Below are positions 11,032-23,221 of a stretch of DNA of 64,000 nt, piece by piece (the stretch's first letter is position 1; every line of letters begins with the position of its first letter). The translations under genes were made by a program, and so were the position numbers. A model generated the notes under the pieces. The model had not been told where the DNA came from, did not search any database, and saw only the letters and a program-made list of their open reading frames with translations. This stretch comes from Octopus sinensis (taxonomy: Eukaryota): the NCBI RefSeq assembly GCF_006345805.1, contig NC_042997.1, positions 114,638,001 through 114,702,000 of the forward strand. The letters are read 5' to 3'.

Positions 11032-11561
11032 TGTTGGAGATCTAGTCTGAAAGTCTACTGAAGTTAGATTCTTCTGAAGCTGCACAATAGCCAAATGGAG
11101 GTGTTAAACTAAATAGTAGATACATTCCAATATCCAAGAACAGAAGTGTAATGGCACAAGCAGTCAGCACCATATTGGATGAGAACTTGCAGCAGCCATT
11201 GCCATCTCCGAGACTGGAGCAAGACCTCACCTGCATCCATTTGCCATGCATGAGATCACAATAAGGCTCACGATTGGCAAACTGTATATAAGGGCAAAAC
11301 AGAAACAAATTCATTCCTTTTCTCTCCTCTTCTATGCAGCAGCGCTTGCTGAGCACACTTCACTGGCTGGGCCTGTCTGCATGTTGTACCTCCAGAAGCA
11401 ATGTGCCTACACTAATGGAAATACAACACTACTCACACAGCTTGAGATGGTTGCTGAGAGCAATGCACTTAACCTGTTCTGTGAAACTTGTAAATAAACC
11501 GGTTGTAAATTGCATTTGTACTTAAAGACTTCTTTCCTCGCCTGCCGGAGCCTCAACTACA
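11032..11561 (+). mobile_element. Probable solo LTR
   Basis: Begins TGTTG and ends CAACTACA; TATATAA near 11285, AATAAA near 11494; about 530 bp; no clear TSD. Confidence 0.5.
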
Positions 11562-12099
11562 CAAAGAACAAGATATAATGGGAGAAGGCGATATTTTCCC
11601 AATATCGTAAACCTTGCCTTCCATTATAGAAGCAATTCCTATTATTGTTTCCATCTGTCAAATTTCATCCACAAAAGACATTGATTGACTTGAAGCTATC
11701 ATAGAAATCACTTGCCCAAGGTGCTGTACATTGAAATTGAACCTGAAATCATGCAGATGTGAAGTGAGCCTCTTAAACACACCAATATGAAGCTAGTTTT
11801 TTTTAACAAAAATTAATCTGTAATTTTTATGAAAGATTTTAAACTTAGATTGCTTTAAAACGGAAAGTTTGGATCATAGAGTCAGAGGTGATCTGAGATT
11901 GGTTGGTTTGAAAAGGTTTTAAAATCTGCTGTCTGATGAATTGATTTCTTGGTAATCTGTGGAATCTCCTAAAATTGGTGCCAAAGATTGTTTAGACCAC
12001 CCTTGGTTCTATAATACAAACTTTTTGTTTTAAGCTGATACAAAAGTCTTCCACCGAAATTGCATGTTAATTTACATTCCAAACACCAAATTAATAATT

Positions 12100-12540
12100 A
12101 TTTCAAATTTTTGCCATAAGGGCAGCTTGGGGGAAGAGGGGATGCATTGATTACATTGACAGGTACCTATTTTATCAACCCTGAAAGGATGAAAGGCATA
12201 GTCGACCTCAGTGGAATTTGAACTCTGAATATAGCAACGGGTGAAATACTGCTAAGTATTATGTCCAGCATGCTAACAAATTTGTCAGCTGACTGCCTTC
12301 AAAACACGAAATTAATAATCATTTCAAATTTTTGCCACAAGGGTAGCTTGTGGGAGTTGGGGATGAATTGATTACATTGACCCCAGTGTTCAACAGGTAC
12401 TTATTTTATTGACTCCGAAAGGATGAATGGCAAAGTTGACCTCGGTGTAATTTGAGCTCAGAATGTAGCGACAAGCAAATTATCGCTGAGCAGTACATCC
12501 AGCATGCTAATGATTCTGCCAGCTCACTGCCTTCAAAACA
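12100..12540 (-). mobile_element. Two tandem tRNA-derived SINEs with a gcctttcatcctttcggggtcgat-type core (MESC/Meta-like)
   Basis: Reverse complements of the intact copy at 25119-25340. Confidence 0.7.
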
Positions 12541-12758
12541 CCAAATTAATAAAGAAAAGTCACTTTACTATATTCTTCATTATTTTAATAACACAAGGGA
12601 ACAATTTCGAAGATAATTTCTCTTGGTTTTGTTTTTTCACTTGACTTAGGCTAAGATTGGTATTCTGATTTCAAGCTACTGTCAGTTTTTCTCCATCAAG
12701 ACAAGATTTTTTTTTTACAGCTTACTTTTGGAATAATCACAGTTCTATTCTTTCACAG

Positions 12759-13176
12759 TCCGACATCTTGACAACAACAACAACAATCAAGATGTCGGAC
12801 AGTGTAGGAAGCAGCACGTTGTCCAGTTCGAAACGGCCCAGGCATTCTTTGTCTCAGGATGGATCTGGCGATGACAATGATGACATGTCCAATACAACCA
12901 GTACCACAATAGATGATACAATTCCAAGTGAGACCACCACTACAGAACAATACTCGGCACTATGGACGAGGAAAGAATCAGTTTCAAAAATCAAAACTTC
13001 AGTATCAGCTTGTAAATTATTTAAAAGATCAAAGCCAACCCATTTTTGGTGTACAGGTCAATTAAAATCATAAAGAAGGAGAACCAATAATTTTAGCTAC
13101 AGTTGGTAGCAACAGGGTTGGCATCTACGAATGTCACGAGAATAGTAAAATCAAACTTCTACAAGCCTACACAATG
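12759..13176 (+). pseudogene. EED: Disabled orphan exon of Polycomb protein EED/esc (N-terminus to start of the WD40 region)
   Basis: ATG 12792 MSDSVG...SKRPR...DGSGDDNDD; after a frameshift near 12940: YGRGK...[52 protein letters not shown], matching EED ...[34 protein letters not shown]; TAA at 13063-13065; no downstream EED exons recognised. Confidence 0.88.
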
Positions 13177-14479
13177 GTATTGTTTGTCCATAAGTAATAG
13201 GGCTGATCAGCTGCTTTTATTATTTCATTGATAATTAATTTCGCTTTTGGATTTGGTTTGCAAGATTCTTTATCTGAGTTCATGTGTTGAGGCATATTCT
13301 GTTGTGTCTGGGGAGAGTCATTTTCTTTTTGTGCCTTATTATTTAACACTCACCGGTAAAATTTCCACTTTTTTCTTATTTTTATTGTTCTAAAATTTTC
13401 ATTGCATCTTGCAACCTTTTCAATAGTTTTGAATTAATTAATCTATTGTAATTAATTGAAACCACATGATTGCTATGTGTGTTGCTTAACCACACAGCCA
13501 AGGATACATCTATATTGCTAAGAAACAGATTACATAGTTTTAAACTTATTTTAAGAAGTTCTGTTACGTGAGTAAGTGGAAAACAATGTTATTAAGAATT
13601 CATATTGTTTTTTAGATTCCCACCAAGAAGTTACTATTAGCTTCAGTTCCTTATCAAGGTTGTGTTTAAAAATTATGAAAATACTTTAACATTTAACAAA
13701 AATAACATCAAAGAGGAAATGCTTGGGTATTTCTACCATTTTTCCCATCATGAAAAAAAGGATTATTATAAAGAGAAGAAAATTAGTCAATGATATGCGG
13801 GAACCTGTTTGATATTTTCCCAGTGGTTCTCAGGACATGTGTGTTTAGCCTTAACTTGTGAGAATAATCAGAGTTGCTGTTCCTGCTACTCTATATAGGA
13901 ATGTTCATGGAATGACTGTTATTTTTATCCTTTTATGTGTTTCAGTCTGCGGCCATGCTGGGGCACTGAAGAATTTTTAGTCAAATGAATTGAGCCCGGT
14001 ACTTATTTTTTTAAAACCTAGTACTTACTCTGTTGGTCTCTTTTGTCAAACAGCTAAGTTACAGGGATATAAACACACCAGCAGTGGTTGTCAAGCAATG
14101 GTGGGGGGAAAATACAGGACACAAAGACTGAAGCACAGGCACACACACACACACACACACACAATGCAAAACACAATCTTGATAAGAATCTGAGTTGTAG
14201 AAGTGCTGTGTGTTCCACTCACACATAACTATAAAACTTTTCACGCACCATCCTCCACCAAACCAAGCTACATCTCTCTTCTTCCTCACATTTCATCTTC
14301 ATGCACTATGCTTATCCCTCACTCTTCACTCCTGTCCACACTATCCTGCACACTGAATCATTGCTACCCTCCCCCACCCTGTAGTCTCCAACCTCCTCTA
14401 AATACCTAAGTTTTCACCAGTCACTGCAGTTCTCACCCCCACCCCCACATGGTTTGTTTTTGGCTTTCTCAACTACACA

Positions 14480-15505
14480 GTATAGTAGGGTCAGTTGGGC
14501 ACCATCTGTGAGAAAAAGCTGCACCATAATGCAATTCACTCTGCCAGAAATTTGGAAACAGCATGCTGTACTGCTTGTCATTCATGCCAGAAGCTCCAAT
14601 ACACATAATCCAGAGTGTTTGGGTGTCAATCTGAGGACAGTGCAGGGGATTTGGAAAGAGCTGGATGAGTCTAATGGTGATTACAAAGGTACAGCAGCTT
14701 GGAAAACTCACTCTGATCATTCTGATAAGAAAAGAAATCCTGTTGTTAGCGAGATCCAGGCCATGATTGACAATGATTCCTTCAAGTTAATCAGGTCCAT
14801 CACCAGGGACGCGAGAGTGTCTGATTCTCTTGTCAGGCAGGTAGTGCATGAAGACATTTGGTATTCCTCATACAAGGCGAGAAAGGGCCAATTTTTATCT
14901 CAAGCTATGAAGCTTTTGAACACACTCAAGCATACCCTCCAACTGAACATGCTTTGGTTTTTCTCAGACAAGAAAAATCTCTGCCAGGATCAGATGGTGA
15001 ATGCAAAGAACAACCATTGGCTTGCTGTGTCCCCAAAACATCTACTGAGAGTGATAAAAATCAAACATCCAGTCAACATCATGGTGCTTGGAGTGATCAC
15101 TAGTGATGGCAACGTTATGCCTCCATTCATCTTCCCACATGGGCTCAGACTCAACACAGAGGTCTACATTTAGTGCTTGGAGGAGGTAGTGCTGCCCTGG
15201 GTCAAGAGGGTGGCTACTAGAAGGCCTCATGTCTGGCAACAGGACTCTGCACCAGGCCACACAAGCAGGCTAACCCAGTCATGGCTATCAGACAATTTCT
15301 GTAACCACACCACTCCTAACATCTAGCCACCTAACTCCCCTGACTGTAACTCCTTGATTATTATGTGTGGGACACAGTTGAGTGAGAGACCAACAAAACT
15401 CCTTGTAACCCCAAAGATGAACTGAAGGCAAAGATTATGGCAGCATTCACCAATTTAAACAAGGAGACCATCCAGAAGACTTGCAGGAGGTTCCGAAATC
15501 GTCTG
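14480..15505 (+). mobile_element. Degenerate maT (DD37D) Tc1/mariner transposon
   Basis: Motifs WFFSD, WQQDSAPGH and PPNSPDCNSLDY; 37 residues between the 2nd and 3rd Asp after restoring a 1-nt deletion; stops at 15171 and about 15324; 3' end cut by a SINE. Confidence 0.85.
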
Positions 15506-15812
15506 GGCAAGTGTCTTCTTCTATAGCCTTGGGCTGACCAAAGTCTTGTGAGTAGATTTGGAAGACGGAAACTGAAAGAAGCCCACTGTATATATGTGTG
15601 TGTTTGTGTGTGTGTGTGTTCCCCCACCATCGTTTGACAACTGATGTTGGTGTGTTTATGTCCACATAAATTAATGTTTCAGCAAAAGAGACCAATAGAA
15701 CGAGTACTAGGCTTACAAAGAATAAGTCCTGGAGTTGGATAGTTCAACTAAAGGCAGTGCTCCAGAATGGCTGCAGTTAAATGACTGAAACAAGTAAAAG
15801 AATAAAAGAATT
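15506..15812 (+). mobile_element. tRNA-derived SINE body and tail (gggcaagtgtcttctactatagc...gaaactgaaagaagccc family)
   Basis: Same family as 19187-19425, 20205-20360, 22790-22930, 37648-37990, 39060-39440, 55378-55760. Confidence 0.75.
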
Positions 15813-16944
15813 TAATTACTTATTTATTTATTTAATTTTGATTGGTCTGAAAAAAAAGTGCTCCAGGACTTTGCACGATTTCAGAGTTCTAATGCAGTTA
15901 ACATCTCTTTTAAACAGTCACTAGCCAATGACTGCAGTGGAAACATGCACAGGGTTAGAATTACAGTATTTCAAAAGGTTGACGTTCTGAGAGAAAGGAC
16001 GAATCATATCCATAAGTGTAAGTCATAGGAGGAGAAACACAGTTCTGGATTAAAAGGACAGCTCTTACACAGTGCTGCAACTTCAGTAACAGCAACATCT
16101 GAACTGAAAAAGGATGTCTCCATGTGTTGCCTGATCTGCAAACTCTCCTTCCTCTTGAACTGAATCTAATCTTTTTGTTCTTTTACCAAAAATATCTTCA
16201 CCAATTCTCAGAATTCATTTGTTTACCTTCCATTTCTCAGCATTGATGATTCTGGAAGCAAGTCAGCCTGCAGACGGGGGCCTTCACATTTACTTGCACA
16301 CTTTGCTTCCAAAGGAAAGGAAAAGAATGGTTGCAGAGTGCTTTGAGGGGAGAAGGCATGAGACCAGTGATCTCTGAAGAACAGAGGCCACAGCAGTAGA
16401 AAAGACAGAGAGAGGACACAGCATTCTGTGGTGATAAAGGATGGAATGTAATCCCGTATAGCAGCAGCAGCAGCCGTCCAAGAATTTGGACCTGGAGATC
16501 TCCATTCCCAGCGTCTTCGAGGGTCACCCCCCAGTGGTGTCGGGTGTCAACGAAGAGCCCTCGACTACAACAAGACAACCAAAGTTTTTTTTTTCCAAGG
16601 TCAGGGGTCTCTTGCCCCAAAGCCCTAGACAATCACCTATTCACCCTTACCCGTCTTGTTGCTTAACAACAGCAGCGGTAGTAGTAGTAGTAGTAGTAGT
16701 AGCAGCAGCAGCAATAGAACAAGTAGTAGTAGTAGTAGTAAAACAGTGGAGGGGTGACAGTGTGTATGTGGAACAAAAGGTTAAAGTGTGCACGAGCGTG
16801 ACTTCACGCCAGTCAATCAAGTGAATTATCTTTTGATGACATAAAAAGTAAAAGGGTTATTCAAACAGTTAACTATTTTAAAATGTTTCAGCTGCAAAGC
16901 TGCGGTCATGCTGGAGCACCACTGTTGACTGAGCTACACCATTA

Positions 16945-17800
16945 TTTGGAACCTCATCTGGTATGTGGCATTTGGTTAATGAGGGAGTTTGATGCTGCTG
17001 CCCTCATCTGTGTTTCCTGCCGTGAGGTAGGCTCGTCTGGAACCTGTAACAGGAACAGATCCAGTTTTGTTTTAAAGACACCTACATCCACACCATGCAG
17101 ATCTCTCAGGCATTTTGGAAAGATATTAAAGAGCTGTGGGCCCTTGAAGCCCAAACTGTTGCAGTATCTGGTCCTGTATTTTGATAGCAATGCTGAGATC
17201 TTTGGCACTATGCAGTGGAGCCCCGTTCTGCAGTTTGAGTAACTTTCAATGCCAAAGTTTGGTACAAGGCCTTCTAGGATTTTCCAGATGTATATCACTG
17301 CATATCTCTCCCGCTTTCGTTCCAGGGAGAAGAGTTTTAATTCTTTAAGTCTTTCCCAGTAGCTGACATGTTGCATTGAGACGATTTTCTTAGTGTAGCT
17401 TCATTGGATTGCTTCGAGTTCCACTGAGGAATTTTTATTGTGTGGTGACCATAGTTGGGAGCAATAGTCTAAGCAGATGAGAACGTATGTCCTCCAAAGG
17501 ATCATCAATGTTTCCTTATCTCTTGTTTTAAAAGTTCGGAGGATCCAGCTATCCAGCCGTCTACATTTTATTACCAAATTGGTAATATGCTCTCGGAAAG
17601 ATTCATCATTGCTCATGTCAATGACCAGGCCATGCACTGATTTTGATTCAGGGATTTCAATTCCCCCTGGGCCAGTGTATCCTGTCTGCATGTCGTTTAG
17701 CTTTGAGTGCTGGTAGCGAAGGGCCTGGAATTTTCCTGCATTAAACTGCATGTTGTTGTCCTCAGCCCGCCTGTATATTGCGTCCAACTCCCGTTGCTGA
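16945..17800 (-). mobile_element. CR1-group LINE, C-terminal RT and tail, 5'-truncated
   Basis: ORFs 17401-17787 and 16954-17376 are one frame split by a single TGA; NNMQFNAGKFQALRY, LDYCSQLWSP, YWERLKELKLFSLERKRER. Confidence 0.88.
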
Positions 17801-19426
17801 ACATTTTAAATGGTAACTTATCTATCTCATATGCTTACTAAATGATATTTATGATTTGAACTGGTTCACTTTGGCCTAATAACTTAGTTTTAGTTGTCGC
17901 CTGCACATGTTAGGAAGGTCTTCGTTTTAAATACTTTAGAATTTTTTTCTTTTTCTTTATTTTGAAAATATAAAAAAAATTTTATATTACTTGAGATTTT
18001 TCTCTAAATACAAATTTCTCCATTTTCTTTAATGAAGATTTTTCTTGTATTTCTGTTTTGGCGATGACTTTTAAAACAAAATACGCTCTGGACAAAATAC
18101 TGTGCTGAATTATGGGGAGACAACTTGGACTAAACTTAAAGAACTGCTAAAATAAGGGAGTTTTCTCCCCTAGCTGGTTCAGTGATAAACGCGCGCAAAT
18201 AGAGCCTGACCTAAATTTCTATAAAACGAAAACTGATCTGTGATAAAGTTATAATGTTGAATGATAAGATTTCTAGAGACAAAGTTATGAATGATTGTTC
18301 GGTCTGTGAGGTGGGAGTCCGTTGACAGTTTTAGTGATTATTCGAGTAGATTCTTAGCATAATACTTGGCCGCGGTGGTGGGTCTACTACAATAGAAAAA
18401 TGTGAGATGTATTGCCATGATTTAATAGGGATCAGATTAACTAAAGGGTTCGTTTATATTTGGGAGATAGAAAGATGTCAAGAGTGTTTTGTGTGTCAGT
18501 GCGTCTATTGGGAGCCGTAGGTGTGATGCTGCTAAATGGCGCAGGTACTTCACAATAGCAACTGGTTTCTTTTGAGTAACAGCCTTGTTTGTGTGAGAGA
18601 GGGTCAGAGTCAGGGGGAGTTAGAGGCACTAAAATGGGGGAAATAATCACACACACACACACACACACATGCGGTGGCAGACTGGGTCTAAAAATACTGG
18701 TTGCCAAGAGACAAAGGGGGCCCACCCGCAACTACAATGCTATCATTTATTTTTTCTTCTGTTAAAAGTATTCTTTTCAACTGTCTGCAAACACACCCAG
18801 GCTGAAATAATTAATGCATCCTTCAAGGAGTGGATAAAAAATACTCAAACTTGAGTGGATGGGCACCTTAGATACTAACATAGGCCCCCATATAAGGATT
18901 TTAATGGCATTGGGGGCCACTTACTATTGGGCAAGCTGGCAACCTAGCCAGTCTCTCACTGCACACATGCTCACACCCACAGTCATATATTTATACACAT
19001 AAACATGCCCCTGCCCCAGTGATTGGGAAACAAGCTTCTTACCACACAGCTATGCTTGTATCTAAAGATTTTTGAAAACTAGAAAGAAATGAAGTGAGCA
19101 TGCTCCTTTGGATATGCAATGTTTGTGTACATAAACAATCAAGTACAAATAAGTTGTGAGAAAAACTGAATATAAGGGAATTCAAGTATAGTGTGGCTGT
19201 GGGGTAAGAAGCTTACTTCCCAACCACATAGTTCCAGGTTCAGTCCCACCGGGGCAAATGTCTTCTACTATAGCTTCAAACCAACCAAATCCTTGAGAGT
19301 GGATTTGGTAGATGGAAATTGAAAGAAGCCCATTGTATACATATGTGTGTGTGTGTGTGTGTGTGCCTGTGTTTGTCCCTCCCACCATTGCTTGACAATC
19401 AATGCTGGTGTTTTTATGTCTCCATA

Positions 19427-19770
19427 ATAATAATAATAATAATAATTGTGTACAGTGCTCAGGTGCACTACAACTCATCTAAAGTGTATATATAATCAGG
19501 TGTAGTTTCGGCGGATTTCGGAAAGCATGAGGGCCTTAAAAGATGCAGTGTCATGGCAGTCAACAACTGACGCAGGCAGTTTATTCCATGCTTCAGCAAC
19601 TCTGAGCGTGAAAAAATGTTTCCGAAAGTCATGGGAGCTGTATTGTTTTCTGACTTTGTAGGCATGTCCACGTGTGTTAGACACATGGAGATCAAAAAGA
19701 TGTTCAGTGTTGTTGTTGGTGAGGTGGTTGATAACTTTGTGGGTGTTTACCAAGTCCGTCGCCAAACGCC
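19427..19770 (-). mobile_element. CR1 LINE 3' end with (TTA)n tail
   Basis: NTRGHAYKVRK...FFTLRVAEAWNKLPASVV, the typical CR1 C-terminus. Confidence 0.88.
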
Positions 19771-20152
19771 GGAGCTTAGCAGTTTGCTGAAACAGACCAA
19801 TAGAATTAGTACTAGGCTTATTTAGAATAAGTCCTGGGGTCGATTTCTACAACTAAAACCCTTTTCTTCAACTAAAACATTCACTGCTTTCTTCCAAGGA
19901 ATCTAATGCTCTTAGCTTAGTTTTTCCTTGAGGTTGGCCAGATTGGAGCAATCTCGAGTATAACCAGCTGAAGTTGCAAAGATAATCTGGAACTCGACTG
20001 AGGAAATAAAACTCTGAATGACCCGTCCTTGTTTTCTTTGTATCATCTGTCTGGATGTTTTGCGTTCTTGTCCCATTTTGTATTTTTTATATATAAGATA
20101 TAACATATATATATACACACACACACATATATATATATATATAGAGAGAGAG

Positions 20153-20201
<49 letters not shown>

Positions 20202-21018
20202 TACAACAGGCTTCTTTCAGTTTCCATCTACCATATCCACTCACAAGGCTTTGATTAGCTTGAGTCTATAGTAGAAGACATTTGCCCAAAGTGTCATGCA
20301 GTAGGACTGAACCCGGAACCATGTGGTTGGTAAGCAAGCTACTTATCACACAGCCACTTCAGCACCTCTGAGTTTCTCCTCCACAATCACCTGACAACCA
20401 GTGCTGGTTTGTTTACATCCCTGTAATATTGTGGTTCAGCAAAAAAGTAATAGAATAAGAACCACTGTATCTACTATTCTTTTATTCTTTTACTTGATTC
20501 AACCATTTGAATCAAATTAATATAAATTAATAAATAAATAAAACATATGCATATATACATACATATATGTACGTACCTACCTCTACATATATATATATAT
20601 ATATATAAATTCATAAATAAATAAAACATATGCATATATACATACATATATGCACCGTACCTACCTCTACATGTATATATACATGCATATATGGGTACAG
20701 GACACCAAAAAAGCATCGAACACAATGAGAAACGAAAACATAAACACAAAACTAAGGAAATGGACACTTTTCTTAAACAACGAAAAAATAGAGTACAGGA
20801 CATACAAAACAAGGAAAATTCCCCTTCTTCAGTCGCCTTTGTTTCATCTACTCCACGTTTCGAAGGTCGTAAGCAATAATAAATCTCTGAACGAGGTATA
20901 TACCTTAGGGCACAGAAAGTGTGCCTAAAGTCAGCTGAAGGAGATGTTCTCCTGGGGCTACAAGCTACAGTGACACCCACCCTTAGTGGTTAGCCATATT
21001 GAGATGGCAAATATACCT

Positions 21019-21061
<43 letters not shown>

Positions 21062-21130
21062 GTAGGTCCCGGGTTGATCCGGGGTTAACCACAGTAAGTA
21101 AGGTACTCAATACATAGCAGAGTAAAATTA

Positions 21131-21256
21131 ATTTATTATATAGAAGGAGCTTCTACAGGACTAGTACTGTTTCATTCAAGAGAAATCTTCAGGAAGCTTC
21201 CTGAAGATTTCTCTTGAATGAAACAGTACTAGTCCTGTAGAAGCTCCTTCTATATA

Positions 21257-21262
<6 letters not shown>
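21131..21262. repeat. Perfect 132-bp palindrome (66-bp arms, no spacer)
   Basis: Arms checked base by base; centre aggaag|cttcct at 21196/21197. Confidence 0.95.
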
Positions 21263-21295
<33 letters not shown>

Positions 21296-21312
21296 TCTAT
21301 ATATTTATATAT

Positions 21313-21356
<44 letters not shown>

Positions 21357-21360
21357 ATAT

Positions 21361-22607
21361 ATACCTTCAGGTAGATGGCCCTGCTCAATCTGTAGTAGAG
21401 GCGTAGGTAGAAGATGTACCCAGTGTAAGCTATGGATACATAAGAGGTGCAGTAATATCAAAGGAAGGCTAACTGGGAAGATAGTTTTTGTATGTGGCAG
21501 ATGCTCGGGAGCGATAAACACTGAAAATGCGCAGAGACCAACTTCCGCCACATTCCAGGGAGAAAAACTAGAAGTAGTTGATAGCTTCCGTTATCTAGGT
21601 GACCAAGTCAGTAGCGAAGGAGGGTGCGCTGAAAGTGTAACTGCTAGAGTAAGAATAGCCTGGGCAAAGTTCAGAGAGCTCTTACCTCTGCTGGTGACAA
21701 AAGGCCTCTCGCTCAGAGTAAAAGGCAGACTGTATGATGCATGTGTACAAACAGCCATGCTGCATGGCAGTGAAACATGGGCCATGACTGCTGAGGATAT
21801 GTGTAAGCTTGCAAGGAATGAAGCCGGTATGCTCCGATGGATGTGTAATGTCAGTGTTCATACTCAACAGAGTGTAAGTACCTTGAGAGAAAAGTTGGGC
21901 CTAAGAAGCATCAGTTGTGGTGTGCAAGAGAGACGTTTGCACTGGTATGGTCATGTGGTGAGAATGGATGAAGATAGTTGTGTGAAAAAGTGCCACACCC
22001 TAGTGGTTGAGGGAACCTGTGGAAGAGGTAGACCCAGGAAAACCTGGGACAAGGTGGTGAAGCATGACCTCCGAGATTTAGGTCTCACCGAGGAAATGAC
22101 TAGAGACTAAGACGTTTGGAAGTATGCTGTGCGTGAGAAGACCTGGCAGGACAAGTGAGACCATAACCCGTGGCCTCTACCTTATGCATACCTTTCCTTC
22201 TTGGGACACAAAACTCTACTCATGAAGACCTGTTGAGGCAAGTGAAAATCGAAATCGATCAACATCAATGGAAATCGTAGCTGTGATACCAGTGCCGGTG
22301 ACACGTAAGAGAACCATCCGAACGTGGCCGTTGCCAGCACCGCCCAAACTGGCCTCCGTGCTGGTGGCACGTAAAAAGCACCATCCGATTGTGGCTGTTT
22401 GCCAGCCTCGTCTGGCACCTGTGCCGGTGGCACATAAAAAGCACCCACTACACTCATGGAGTGGTTGGCGTTAGGAAGGGCATCCAACTGTAGAAATACT
22501 GCCAGATCAGACTGGGCCTGGTGCAGCCTTCTGGCTTCCCAGACCCCAGTTGAACCATCCCACCCATGCTAGCATGGAAAGCGAACGTTAAACGATGATG
22601 ATGATGA
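21361..22607 (+). mobile_element. 5'-truncated RTE LINE with a PHD-like Cys/His finger before the end of RT and a complete 3' UTR
   Basis: Open frame 21361-22110: WPCSICSRGVGRRCTQCKLWIHKRC...FVCGRC...VDSFRYLGD...GSETW...GRGRPRKTW; 3' UTR ends in (GAT)n. Confidence 0.92.
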
Positions 22608-23221
22608 TATAGTAGGATTTAAAATGATTATATTATTAGATTAGCATTTTGGATATAACTTTCTATGTGTAATCCAAAAAATAAGGTTGTCCTGAAATTG
22701 AAGTTGTGGTCCTATTGGCAAAATCCCAAATTTGTAATAACATATATATATATAGAAGAAGTCCATCGGGTATATATATATATACCCAATAGACTTCTTT
22801 CAGTTTCTGTCTACCAAATCCACTCACAAGGCTTTGCTTGGCCCAAGGCTATAGTAGAAGACACTTGACCAAGATGCGATACAGTGGGATTGAACCCAGA
22901 ACCATGTGATTGGGAAGCAAGCTACTTATTTCTTTACTGCTCACAAGGGGCTACACACAGAGGGGACAGATAAATGGATTAAGTCGATTATATCAACCCC
23001 AGTGCGTAACTGGTACTTATTTAATCGACCCCGAAAGGATGAAAGGCAAAGTTGACCTTGGCAGAATTTGAACTCAGAACGTAACGGTAGACGAGATATC
23101 GGTAAGCATTTTGCCCAGAGTGCTAACATTTCTGCAAGCTCGCTTACCAAACAGCTACTCCTGTGCCATATTGTCCATCTTTGTTTTGTGTTAGGCCCTC
23201 GTGGGCAAATAAAGAAAACAT

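Noticed and set aside
15900-16640. ORFs 16237-16632 and 16486-16824 as genes
   Set aside because: No splice-consistent chain or known motif; resembles a decayed retroelement 5' region ending in (GTA/GCA)n
20821-20870. GAAACGT followed by CTGAAGA on - strand as a permuted hammerhead
   Set aside because: Cleavage triplet would be GUG, there is no stem I hairpin and stem II is out of register; at most a PLE-like remnant
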